Source: Octopus sinensis
Taxonomy: Eukaryota
Length of the DNA: 64,000 nt
Direction of reading: 5' to 3'
NCBI RefSeq assembly: GCF_006345805.1
Contig: NC_043000.1
Coordinates: 157,666,001-157,730,000 of the forward strand
A program made the translations under genes and the position numbers. Below the pieces are notes generated by a model, which did no database searches, was not told where the DNA came from, and saw only the letters and a list, made by a program, of their open reading frames with translations. This document shows, in pieces, positions 14,575-27,801 of this stretch. Positions within the stretch are counted from its first letter, which is position 1. Each line of letters opens with the position of its first letter.

Positions 14575-15570
14575 GTTATTATTATTATTCACCTCGGCCA
14601 TCATATATAAATACGTGTTTATTCATGATTACTTTATTTTATTCAATTTTGGAAAAATTGAAGCATGTCTTTGACAAATCCGGAGCCTAGTGAATTTATT
14701 TCGTGCAAGATTTTCGGTCCACCCTCTATATATATTTATTCCACACACAGATGCATACATCTAAATATGTATATAATATATTACTACATAAATTGAGATA
14801 TATCTTAATGGCAAAGTTTTTCTTCCGTAATCAGCGTTGATAATCAAGAAATTTACAATTGAAACAGAGAGCAATCTTGTCATTACAATTAATAGATTAT
14901 TCTATACACCCATGTTGAACACTATTTCCTTGTCTGCACATACATACTCACTTACATAAATACGTACATACATAACCACACACGCACATAAACATACATA
15001 CACACACATGTGTACGTATACCCTTGTTTCTTTGGAAATCAACACCTATTTTACTTCCAGAAATTTACACCTAAAGCACCAGTATATCTTAAATATGTTT
15101 ATTATGATCTAATTAACACCTCATAGGAAGTTGGAACAAACATTATCAATGATTATGTGAATGCATTGGCTCATAAACACAATATATAGATATGCGTGTG
15201 CACACACACACACACATATAAATAAATACAGTAGGCAGCGTACGCATTCAACAACGTCGATAACATATACGCTCATACATAGGATATTATTGGGAATTAT
15301 ATACACACAATATCGGGCATAATATGTCACATCTGATATTCAATTAGTTATATTGTTTCGCGCATTATTTTTCAATAGATATGTACTGATAACGATCACA
15401 TTTGCATTCACAAACATAAACGCCTTCCACATACAATGACTCTTATTGATACATCACCCAGGACTGTACCCCATATATATATATGCATACATACACACAT
15501 ACATATATATATATATTTATATCTATATAAATACAACACACACACATATATATATATATATAAATGTATG

Positions 15571-15580
<10 letters not shown>
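13261..15580. repeat. Tandem duplication, unit about 1160 bp
   Basis: 13261-14420 and 14421-15580 are collinear and differ mostly by 1-2 bp indels. Confidence 0.95.
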
Positions 15581-15629
<49 letters not shown>

Positions 15630-17047
15630 CATGTGTATCTGTAAGCATGTATGTGTATGCTTTATACACACATGCACATATGCAATGAAATCATGTTTCC
15701 ATATCTTTAGTACTGTGACTTGATAGTACAGTGACTTCCAACACAGTGACTTGATATGTATCCAGGAGAGAACCGCTGTGTATCATTTTGAAGCAGAAAA
15801 ATATGCGTTTTACGGGCCAACGAAGTGACCGGTACACGATATCTCAGCCTACCATAATTAGTATCTAAATGGTTTTGTGTTTTTTTTTATTTGTATCCTG
15901 CCTTTTTAAGAGACTTCTCAATTCATTGATATTTAACATAGCCAACTATGGAGCTGAATGCTTGATTAAAGAACATCGATAAAAAGAAAATTGAAGCATT
16001 TGACCAATGAGGATTTAGAGTTATCCTCATAATAAGAGGGACGGATGAAAGAACTAACGAGTAGTTCCTTCGCAAGAGAAAGTTCCAGGAGAGACCTATA
16101 AGTACTATAATAGAAATAGAAAGAAAATTGAACTTGGTGTGTGTATTTGAGTTTGTGCCCCACCCCCACCGCTTTACAACAGGTTTCTGTTTTTTTATAT
16201 GACCTCGTAACTTAGCTTTTTTGCAAAAGAGCCTGATAAAATAAGTAGCAGACTTAAAAAAATAAGAACCGGGTTCGATTCGTTCGATTATAATTCTTAA
16301 AGGCCGTGCTCCTGCATGGCTGCAGTCTAATGATTGAAACAAGAAAAAGATAAAAGATTAAAGATTATTATTTCCTTCTTGAAGTTGACAAGTCAATTGT
16401 GTACAGGCGTCTGTGAGAACCGGACAAAAGGCGTCCTATATGACAGTGGAGGGCCAGGTATTGCTGTGCTGTTGCTTAGATTCTTCGGGTAAACACTGAT
16501 CCCCTAGACCCATGATCAAAGGCATTCCAGAAATGAACATCATTTTTTTCATATTTTCAGATATTGTAAATCTCGAATTATGAAATTAAATAATATGTTC
16601 TCGTTCTGTTAAACGGGAGAGTTTGGTTAAAGTTTCCGGCTCGATGAACTATTGCACAGAACTTTCCCCAACGTCGAGTCATCAAATACTTGTTATCGCA
16701 ATAGCTGCGAGGCAAATGTCACTATTAGTGCAGCTCGGCACGAAGATTACAAAAAAGAAAAAAGACAAAAAAGACAAAAGCAGAAAAACCTAAAACAAAA
16801 CGAACAAAACAACAAAAATCAATCAACCAACCATGCAAAAATAACGTCCCCTAATATATATATATATGCGTACGTATGTGTGTGTGTGTGTGTGTAACTA
16901 TATATATATATATATATAAATTTGTGTGTGAGAGAGAGAGACAGAGAGACAGAGAGAGAAAGTGTGTAATTCCAGCTCTGCCACTTGTGTTATTCGCCTT
17001 GTGATATCTAAACCAGTAATGTTGACTTAATAATGTTTTACGTTCAG

Positions 17048-17110
17048 AACAAACAAGCATAGATGGCTGAACTCCTCAGGGATGTTGCTTGATTATTGTG
17101 CAGCGCCAAG
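17048..17110 (+). CDS. Candidate 63-nt symmetric (phase 2-2) coding exon, unidentified protein (TNKHRWLNSSGMLLDYCAAP)
   Basis: Acceptor TTTTACGTTCAG, donor AAG|GTGAGA; only one of three frames is open. No homology recognised. Confidence 0.25.
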
Positions 17111-17847
17111 GTGAGATTATATATACATATATAAAAAGGTGCGTGCATTTTGACGCATATATATATACGTCTACACATGCACTCACACATGCTCACACCC
17201 TAACACTCCCCAGACACCACACACTCCCCACACACCACACACCCTCACACTTCACACACCCTCCAACTCCCAACACCACCCTCATCCATCATATATATGT
17301 ATACATTAACACTCACGCGTATATATACTGTTTGCCTTTATTCTTTTAATGGTTTCAATCACTGGACTGCATTTACGCAAGAATACAATATACATACAAT
17401 ATACATTTCTTTGTGCGTTTAAGTGCGTGAAAGTTTACATTAACATATCAGCGTAAAGCAACGGAAGAGCAATTGCATGATCAGGTAAACCGATTTACAC
17501 ATAAACACACACACACACAGACACATACTCACATACGCGTGTGTACAAGCCTGTATATGCAAGTGTTTGTGCGCCTAGTTTCATAATGTGTCGATGTGTA
17601 AGATTTCATTTTGGTGTCAATCAAGTATATCATAAAAATAAAAACGTTATCTTCAACTCGCTTTGGAACAACATCACACTTGAAAATAATCCTTTGTCAA
17701 TTATTTATGATTTTATTTTTCTCTTCCCTTTCGTGTCAACGAAACCTGGGGATAAAAGGTGTGTATCAGTAAGGTTTTATTTTATAACATCAGTCATTGT
17801 CAGAACATGTACAATCCTCTAAAGAACTACAAAATAGAATACATTTG

Positions 17848-18233
17848 GAGGCGCAATGGCCCAGTGGTTAGGGCAGCAGACTCACGGTCATAGGATCGTG
17901 GTTTCGATTCCCAGACCGGGCGTTGTGAGTGTTTATTGAGCGAAAACACCTAAAGCTCCACGAGGCTCTGGCAGGGGATGGTGGTGATCCCTGCTGTACT
18001 CTTTAACCACAACTTTCTCTCACTCTTACTTCCTGTTTCTGTTGTACCTGTATTTCAAAGGGCCGGCCTTGTCACTCTCTGTGTCACGCTGAATATCCCC
18101 GAGAACTACGTTAAGGGTACACGTGTCTGCGGAGTGCTCAGCCACTTACACGTTAATTTCATGAGCAGGCTGTTCTGTTGATTCGGATCAACCGGAACCC
18201 TCGTCGTCGTAACCAACGGAGTGCTTCCAAAGT
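17848..18233 (+). mobile_element. tRNA-derived SINE family A, full length with TSD
   Basis: A box TGGCCCAGTGG and B box GTTTCGATTCC; 9-bp direct repeat ATACATTTG at 17839-17847 and 18234-18242. Confidence 0.9.
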
Positions 18234-18724
18234 ATACATTTGAAAATACATAGCTGTGAATACTTTAGCCCTTAGCTCCGGTTTTGTGTCTCAAAGCACA
18301 TGCCCATAAGCGGATATCTCCCAAATTCCCAGAGCGAAGTTACCTCTCCAATGCCTCTCCCGATACCCGTCTCTCCCTCATTCTCTATAAGTAACTAAGC
18401 GAGTGCTATGTTCTCATTTGTAGTGTTACCAAACCTTCATAAGTACCTCCTGTCTTGCTCCCCTTTTTATTTGGACGTCGGCGATTCGATCTCTGTAAGC
18501 CAAAATGTCACATTTGACGGAATCCATACGTTTGACCCCTCATTGTTTTTCTATAGATATCATCTTTATCTGATAGTGAAATACATTCAACATGTATATA
18601 CTTATATATACAAGAAGTATACATACATACATACATACATACATACATACATACATACATGCATACTACATACATACATACATACATACATACATACATA
18701 CGTACATACATACATATGTTCTTT

Positions 18725-18782
<58 letters not shown>

Positions 18783-18789
<7 letters not shown>

Positions 18790-18955
18790 CAAAAACGGGA
18801 CAAGAACGCAAAATATCCAGATAGTTAGTTGAAACAAAAGAAAAAGGGAAAACAAATTATCCAGACAGACGATACAAGGAAAACAAGGACAGATCATCGG
18901 AGTTTTCTATCCTCAGTCGACTTGCAGATTATCTTTGCAATTTCGGCTGGTTATA
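18783..18955. mobile_element. Probable Penelope-like terminal fragment after (TA)n
   Basis: Begins immediately after a long (TA)n; assignment rests on recalled similarity to octopus PLE ends. Confidence 0.4.
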
Positions 18956-18974
18956 GATAGATAGATAGATAATA

Positions 18975-19250
18975 GCACGTTTTGGAGTCCGAGAAAGATG
19001 GTTCAGCAATTTATTTCTGAACAACTTGCACAACCGATTTGTTGAAAGAGATCAAATGTTTGTTCTGCACATTTACTCACTCTCTCCATCAAACTGACAT
19101 TACCTGTATAGGTGCACAATATACCTCACGTCGCATGTCAAAGTAATCGCAGACGTGAGACGAAGTGTTTTGCTGAAGAACATAACGCACCGCCCGGTTC
19201 GGAAATCGAAACCGCATTCTCGCGATCGTGAGTACATCACTCTAAGTGCG
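18975..19250 (-). mobile_element. Decayed tRNA-derived SINE family D
   Basis: tRNA-like head (GGTTTCGATTTCC) with body similar to 42210-42430(+) and 42840-42895. Confidence 0.6.
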
Positions 19251-22200
19251 GTAGTTAATAATTTACAAAATTTACTAAACAACCAAACTTTTCTCATCGA
19301 CTTCATTCATTTCATGTAATGGAAATAATAATAATTATTGATAATTAATGTTTAGGAAATTGCTTAAAGGCTAGTAGAATTTCAGATTTGCCTGTTAGCG
19401 CCTCTCAGTAATGTCAACAGGTCTTCCGTTTGAGATAATTCGTAGGACGAATCATCTCACTTTCACAATATATTTGAGCCATTATCCTTTTGCTCTCTCT
19501 CTCTCTGTTTCTCTCTGTATTTCTCTCTCTTTCTCTCTGTATTTCTCTCTGGTTCTCTCTCCACATATTCAGACAAAAAGTCTAATAGGATGTAATTGTG
19601 GTGGAATGCTGATTATCCCCAGTACAGTTTTGATAGCATCCATATGTATATGTCTTTGGTTGGCAAGTCGGCGCTGTGTGCAGACACACATAAACACATA
19701 CATACTCTCCTACGAACGCGCGTGCACAAAGACACACACCTACACAAAATCTCGGCAGGTCTTCAGTACAGTTTTTCTTTATCAATTTTAATGTAGGATG
19801 CATTAGCGAAGATACGCGTTCAGTAGGGTTGAAACCAGTCAATTTCCGTAAAAAGCCTCGGTAATATGCAATTTTTGAACTCAGGACATAGAAACTTATA
19901 ACTGAATATCATAAAGCGATTCATGAATTAGCCAACAGTTTTCAGAAAAATGCTGTCTGTGAACTTCATAATTTCTGTTTACCAAAGCATGAATCACGTC
20001 AGTTTAATCACAAGTTAGCTGTAATACTGCAAACTTATGAGCAAACACAATCCAACCGTGTGCATCACACCAGTTTATACATTTAATATAAATTTACATT
20101 AAGGCGTTAGAGTCTGATTTTAATAATATTGTTTTCGTTTTATTCTAGCAGTTTATGCAGTCGGGTATATGTTACCCTAACGCTAGTTAGGATTGCATTC
20201 GAACTGTGATCACCTCGTCTTTTTAAACTGACATAACATACTGTATATGTCCAGAATGTTATGCTGTTTTAACAGAATAGGTTATGATTTAAGAGAATAT
20301 TCTAGTATTTCAAAAATGAGTGACCGATCATGGAAATCGGAATATTGGAATAAATAATCTTCGGATCGAAATTATTTATTCCATCCACAAAATATAGATG
20401 AATCTGCTCTCAGGACTGATCTGGGGATAGAAAACAACAACAACAACAACAACAACAACACAATCAATACGCCTCCAACCGTCACATGTTATTAGATATT
20501 TAGTGGATACATCATTCTCTCACTGTGAGAAACACTTAAATTCAAGATTAAATATGTATTTGGTGGATATAGCGCAATGATTTGTGATTGCAGATTAAGT
20601 CCTACTGAAGCAAGTAAATATACCACTGGTGGATTATTTTATCGACGCTGGGATTTATGGGAGGTAACGTAGATTACAGTGAGATTTAGACGTAGAACAC
20701 ACAACAGGATCGAAATACTGTCTGTTATTTAGTTTGCCTATCAGCTATAAATTTTCTATCAATTTTTGCCTCTACAACTAAATGATTTAGAATGATAGAA
20801 TTAGCAATGAATTAACGCCCAAATGAAAGTTTCATATTAGAAATATTGTCCTGATATACTCTTAAAAAAGATGGATTGGTCATGGGTAGATTGCTTTTCC
20901 TCCTAGGAAGTTTTATTCAAGTTTGTTCAGGGGTTAATCAACAACAATGACAGGATGCACATAATATTTTCTTATTAATAGTATAATAGTAATAGTACTA
21001 GTTACCTGGTTATACTAACTTAATATTTAACAGAGGCACAAAGCCAAACATTCCAGTAGTTGGGTTATTCTTAGAAATCGACCTGACCGCTTAACTGGAT
21101 CTATATTTTATTAACCTCGCCGGGACTTGAATTTCGATGGTAAAGTGCGAAGCAAATGTCACATGCAAGTTTGTTCAGCATTTTAACGTTTCTGGTATGC
21201 ATCGACCTTATGTTCTTAATTAATAAAGCCTGGAAACCTAATTGTAGAGGTACGCAGGAAGTTGTTAAGAACATAATAATTTACAACTTAGTGTCCATGT
21301 TATTTAGTCGGTAGAGCAAGTTATTCAAAGTTTATTGAAAGTGATTCAAACAACGATAACCATTTAAAGCACACGCATAAGATAAAACCAGGTTCCATTA
21401 CTCTATGAAATCTACCATGCCACTAACTGCCGTTCAAATATGAGTAGATAATTAGACATGTGTTTCTTAGAACGTGATATAGGCCTGCAAATTAGAAATC
21501 TAATACCACATTCCGGAATTCCTACCAAGATATATGTCACAGACAGTAAATTTCAGCTTCATTATTTTATCTACGTGGACTAAATAATAGTATAACTAAA
21601 TCATGTTTTTCACAGATACGGGGTCTATGATCAGATTTCAAATTAGTGCTCGGGTACACAGATATAATTAAATTCTATATGCAAAGGGACATGAATATTG
21701 CAGATTTCATTACATATGTAATACTTTATTTTGCTATACGTACATAAAAACATATATACACACACGCGCACACACATATACATATCGACATACATTCTCG
21801 CATGTAGGTATCTATAAATATTTACATACATACATTCATGGGTGCATATGACTATATTTGAGAAGACAGATATATTACTGTGTGGTTAAGAAGTAGACAT
21901 TTCAAGTTCGATGTGATGAGCTCGATCCCAGAGCATGGTACTACGGGAATATGTATTTTACTATAACGTTGCAAGTCAATGAAAAGGTTTTGAACGAAAT
22001 CTGTTTCACATAAAATGCGCCAAATCCTGCTTATACAAGCACACATACATATACAGATATACGTGAATGGATACATATTTATGTACGCACATGCATATAT
22101 GTCAATACACATAGTTATACATATATAAATATGTATATATATAATATATATATATATTATATATATATATATAATATATATATATATTAAATAAATATAT

Positions 22201-23077
22201 ATATGTATATATATATATATATATGTAGGATACTATATATATATAATATATATATATAGATATTATATATATATATATATATATATAATATGTACATATA
22301 AATATATAGATATGCATACATATATACATATATGTGCCACATCTATTATTTATATATGTATATCCATTTATCCACATATCTATCTATCTATCTTTCTCTC
22401 TATATATATATGTAAACACTCACAAACACGCACACACACACTCACACACACACACACTCACACTCACAAACACACACATAAGTACCTATACGTATGTATA
22501 CATGCATACCTTATACATGCATAGCAATTTTCGTGCTAAGTGATGAGTTGTATTGTGGCGGTCCGTCATCTTAATGTAGTTTGCATCTCCTTCAATGTGG
22601 GAAGAAGTATACGACATACGCCGGTTAATAACCAGTTTTGGTCATAGATTATCCGCTTTTTTTCACATAAAGAAGCCGTGTACGCACTTAGTGTTTACTA
22701 ACTTCTAGTACCAATTTTTTTTCAGATCACACTAATCTATCGCTGCATATACGTTCATAATGATGTCTCAAGAGGGCGACATACTTATTTTTTGAGTGGT
22801 GGAAGTCACAAAAAAATATGGATTCAAACATTCAGAAATCGCATATGCATATACACGTTTATGCATATAAATTTGGAACTGAATTTATTTGCGTGTCGGG
22901 TAAGAAATCCATCATGGAGCAAATTGAGGGAAAACCGCCAAGATATGTAATGCTGTTTTAGTTATCTGAGTTAACACGAATCTGTTTTTTTACTCGTTGG
23001 TTTTTGTCTGTATCATTCTTCCCTTTCTCAGTATTTCAGTTTGTTTTTCGTATTAAACATATCATAAGCGTTATTCC

Positions 23078-23151
<74 letters not shown>

Positions 23152-23205
23152 CTAATGAGGGTGGTACTCTCTTAATTTAATATATATATATATATAATAT
23201 ATATC

Positions 23206-23415
23206 TTTTACTTTCTTTTACTTTCAGTCATCTGACCGCGGCCATGCTGGAGCACCGCTTTTAATCGAGCAACTCGACCCCGGGACTTATTCTTTTGTAA
23301 GCCCAGTACTTATTCTATCGGTCTCTTTTGCCGAACCGCTAAGTAACGGGGACATAAACACACCGGCATCGGTTTTCAAGCAATGCTAGGGGGACAAACA
23401 CAGACACACAAGCAT
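23206..23415 (-). mobile_element. SINE family C 3' half (well conserved)
   Basis: Close match to the family C tail. Further partial C copies lie at 2088-2218(+), 16150-16357(+), 21877-22010(+), 26468-26620(+) and 37908-37985(-). Confidence 0.85.
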
Positions 23416-23929
23416 ACGCACACACACACACACATATACATATATATACATATATATATATACACACATATATATACATACATATACATACATACATACA
23501 TATATATATATTGTTTACTCACCAGAAACATCCATGTAATTTAAAGCATATTTGAAAAGGACTATATGCATATAGTCTCCTTGATCTTTGAATCAAGAAT
23601 TTCCGAAAACTACACCCCCCAACAAATACACACACACACGCACAAACACACACAAGTATAATGTGTGTATATATATATGCATATATATATAAATATAGTA
23701 TACCTGCGTGTATGTGTATGTATACAGATATAGTGAAATATATATATTTATAACTTAGATAATTTACATATGTTTCAACAAAATGTTGGCTCAGACCATG
23801 CCTAACCTCTAAAGTAATAACACCGCACAATTATACATACATGCATGTATATATTATATAATATATATATATATATATATAGTATATATATATATATATA
23901 TAAATGTGGGTGGACATTTATTTTCTGAT

Positions 23930-23969
23930 CACTACAATTGTTTCGACGCAACGTAATTCTTCAGTTGTG
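23930..23969 (-). ncRNA. Degenerate hammerhead ribozyme-like motif
   Basis: Minus strand CACAA-CUGAAGA-AUUACGUUGCGUC-GAAAC-AAUU-GUA-GUG: intact core, perfect palindrome ACAAUUGU in stem III, GUA site; stems I and II poorly paired. Confidence 0.5.
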
Positions 23970-24371
23970 CAGGTACTTGATTATGCAACTGTTTCCCTGC
24001 ATTATGAGATCTAGTTGTGCTTCCTCAGGCGATATTTCCTCAGGTAAACATTGTCTCCTAAGTTTTAAATCCTGAGCTTCAAGCACGTCCCAAGTGTTTG
24101 CCGTGGCCTGAATTTATTAGTAGTCACTTAGCTTATTAGGGAGTCTGTTGCTAAAGGGCCGTTAGCAGACTGCATTGAATGTGTAATTGTAGTGGGATGG
24201 TGATTCTGGTTACGTTAAAGTGGTAGTATAATACTACTAGTGTATAGCACAGGGTACATCTGGAGGTGGAAGAGCTCTGTACTGTACTCTACTACTTCCT
24301 TTACAGAATATATTGAACTGGACTGCTTGAATCTACAAGTTGCTTTTAATTTGTTTATATCCTTTTAATCC

Positions 24372-24405
24372 TTTCTGTTGAAGAGCGTAGGCTCGAAACG
24401 TAAAA
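24372..24405 (+). ncRNA. Degenerate hammerhead ribozyme-like motif (A6U, extra A, loopless ACGU stem III)
   Basis: UUU-CUGUUGA-A-GAGC(GUAG)GCUC-GAAAC-GUA-AAA; 4-bp stem II; stem III is the palindrome ACGU, which could only pair as a dimer. Confidence 0.4.
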
Positions 24406-24518
24406 AACTTTTTTATTTTTCCGAGCGTCAAACTAATACACTTGCTTTTTGTTCATACATACGTCCTCGTCTTTGTTTTTCTACATATTTCAGTTACACA
24501 CACACATACACACACACA

Positions 24519-24559
<41 letters not shown>

Positions 24560-25002
24560 TATACATACATATATATATATATATAATATATTATATATGT
24601 ATGCATGTGTATGTGACTGTGTGTCTGTGTGTGTCTATGGATGTATCGACGCATATGTGTATATATATGTGTGTGTGTGTGTGTGTGTCGTTATCTGTGT
24701 TATATCGCATACTTAAATATATCAATATATTCGGAACGTTTACACGCTTTCCATTAGAATAAAATATACTATATAATCAAAATCCTTCCTTCCGAGATAA
24801 TGATAAATGTACAAGCTTAAAATTTGCTTTTTCTTCTAGTTGTGAGCTATTATTAACTTCTACTCTATCACATCAATCTGCCAGAAGGCCATAACTTAAA
24901 GATACATTGAATGTCTTCATTAATTCATGTTCATTTACAACTTGGCTTAATTGTGTGTGGCCGAAGGCGCGGCTGTGTTGTGGCGCAGCAATGGCTTTGT
25001 AG

Positions 25003-25425
25003 AGGTGCTGGCATAACTGTGTGGTAAGAAGCTTCCTTCCAAACCACATGGTTCCTGGTTCAGTTCGACTGTGTTGCACAGCGGCAGGTATCTTCTACTA
25101 TAGCCTCGGGCTGATCAAAGCCTTTATGAGTGGATTTAACAGACGGAAACTGAAAAAAGCCTTTTGTATATATATACATATATGTGTGTGTGTGTTTGTG
25201 TCTTTGCGTCTGTGTTTGTTCACCTACCACCATGTGTCAACCGGTGTTAGTGTGCTTACGTTTTCGTAACTTAGCGGTTCGGTAAGACCGACCCATAGAA
25301 TAAATACCAGACTTTAACAGAATATAAGTACTGGGATCGATTCATTCGACTAAAAATTCAAGGTGGCGACCCAGCATGGCCACCGTCTAATGACTGAAAG
25401 AAGTAAATAGTAAAAAAATAAAAGT
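25003..25425 (+). mobile_element. SINE family C, full length, diverged
   Basis: Same head, internal (TA/TG)n and CCAGCATGGCC...ACTGAAA tail. Confidence 0.8.
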
Positions 25426-26314
25426 AGGAATATATACTCTTTTGACGAAGTACAACACAAAACACCACAAATATTGTAAAACCAATATATTTATAGATAC
25501 GAAAATATGTGTACACTTGAAAAATATTTACATTTCCGTCGGGAATTAAAATGTTACAAATGTATATTTTGTTCGATATACAAATATTTTACATCATTAT
25601 TGCCACGTGTAGTGTAAAGATAAATTTATTTTTGACAGTTTTCAAACTATGCAAGTACATGTACGAGCAAATTACGTTACCAAATATAATTATTCATTTG
25701 TTTAATCAGAAAAAAACAAAATAATCATATATTTTATATTCATGTGATGAATATGATTTTCAGATAATTGTTAACTGCTATTGTGACGTTTGCTGAACAA
25801 AGATAATTTGAAATTGAAACAGTTGATGTGAATGTGAATATGGAAATTGAAGAAAAGAGATTCGATGAATTGGACTTATAGAGAGACTGTTATGTTTGGC
25901 ATCATCTGTGCGTTGGCATAATACTTTTATGCTCTGATAGCTTCAATGTTCTACGGTCTTACATATCTATAGATATACCTGCCTTGCCAAACAACTAATT
26001 ATCTACCTCCGGGTGTATTCATCCATCCATCCATACATCCATTTATTTGTCTGATAAACTTTTATTGCTTTCATGTTGGTTATATACGTCTCAGCGACCC
26101 ATATATGTGTGCGAGTGAGTGTGTGTGTGCATCCATTCACATGCATGCAAATATGTATGCATGATATATATATATATATATATATTATATAATAATATGT
26201 GTGTGTGTGTGTGGGTATGTATATGTATGTACATATGTATATATATATATATATATGTAGTAGTATTGTATGTATGTATATATGTAGGCAGGCATATACG
26301 CACATGTTCATATA

Positions 26315-26395
<81 letters not shown>

Positions 26396-26857
26396 TATAT
26401 ATACATACATATATACATAAATATATACATACATGTGTGTGTGTGTGTGTGTGTGTGTGCAGAAGTAGACATGACAGTGGTAGCAAGTTTCTTAGTCACT
26501 TGGTTCCGGATCCAGTCCCGCTGCGTACCATCTTGGGGAAGTGCCTTCTATGGGTTGGGGCTGACCAAAGATTTGTGAGTGTATTTGATAGACGGACACT
26601 GAAAACAGCCTGTCGTATATATATATATAATATATATATATATATACAGTAACAAACTGAGAAAAAGAAATCCTTTAACGATGGGTGTTAAAGTGTGTTA
26701 AACATCCAATTCGCTGGTACTTCAGTTGGATACCATATAAATTTTTGAATAATTCAATAAGGAAGTTAAAATACAGAGATATTTAATTCAGGGTCAATCG
26801 GCCCAGGAAGACGAAACCCCATCTGGAAAGGACGGCGAGATTGTAAAAATTAACTCA

Positions 26858-27495
26858 AATGTCTGTGTTATGAGCGTGAGCGTTAATCATTCAATATTTC
26901 ATCAATTACAGGCCTATACAGTCCCTATCATAAACCAAATAGTAGTTTAAAATACATTAACTTTCAAATACATTAACCATCCTAAAATTTTCACAAGAAA
27001 TCTGGTTGATAACATTTTGAAGCGTGTTTCATATTTGTCATCTAATGAGGAAATCTTCAATAATAATGCAGAATACTATAATAATACACTTAAAAAGGAA
27101 GGATACTGGAATAGTATAGCATAGAATTCGAGCCAAATCTCCCAGAAATCGCATACTATTTACTTCAAAATGTCAAGAGAAACAATATAGTTCTGTTTAC
27201 TGCTTGTATGCGAAAATTATGGAACTCACATTAGCTGTCTTTGATTACGGTTATACCCACTCAGAGATGACCTGATGGCTATAAACAGTTGGTTTCTAAT
27301 TGATGTACAAAACTAGCAGTTTTGAGGGGAATCGATAGGTGGCTACCATCGGCCCACAGTACTTGGCCAGTTCTTTATTTTATCGACCGATAATGTCTGT
27401 GTTATGAGCGTGAGCGTTAATTATTCAATATTTCATCAATTACAGGCCTATACAGTCCCTATCATAAACCAAATAGTAGTTTAAAATACATTAAC
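26858..27495. repeat. 104-bp direct repeat (26858-26961 and 27392-27495)
   Basis: AATGTCTGTG...ATACATTAAC, one mismatch. Confidence 0.95.
26895..27115 (+). pseudogene. Decayed Penelope-like RT thumb region
   Basis: GLYSPYHKPNSSLKYIN / NHPKIFTRNLVDNILKRVSYLSSNEEIFNNNAEYYNNTLKKEGY resembles the PLE YxPYxKPN..SNHP..RISxLSSN..IF motif. Confidence 0.7.
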
Positions 27496-27617
27496 GCGAT
27501 CAGCTTTGCCTTTCATCCTTTTGGGATCGATCAAATAAGTATCATTTGAGGATTTGGGCTCCGTGTAGCACCCTCCCTCGAAATTTCAGGTCTTCTGCCT
27601 GACGCGGAACGAATAAG

Positions 27618-27641
<24 letters not shown>

Positions 27642-27648
<7 letters not shown>

Positions 27649-27759
27649 TATTAGAGACAAAACCACTATTTTGCAAAACAAAATATTTTACTATAAAATT
27701 GGATTTATCCTAAATTTGATTTTTTCCCTGTAAATTTGGATTTATTCCCTAATATTTAT

Positions 27760-27763
<4 letters not shown>
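27642..27763. mobile_element. Inverted chimeric fragment of the same PLE terminus family as the 57-kb cluster, inside (TA)n
   Basis: TTAGAGACAAAACCACTATTTTGCAAAACA (as at 57701) fused to ATATTTTACTATAAAATTGGATTT (as at 57268). Confidence 0.75.

Positions 27764-27801
<38 letters not shown>

Noticed and set aside
17848-17925. SINE heads as genuine tRNA genes
   Set aside because: A and B boxes are present but there is no full cloverleaf or acceptor stem, and they continue into SINE bodies with TSDs.
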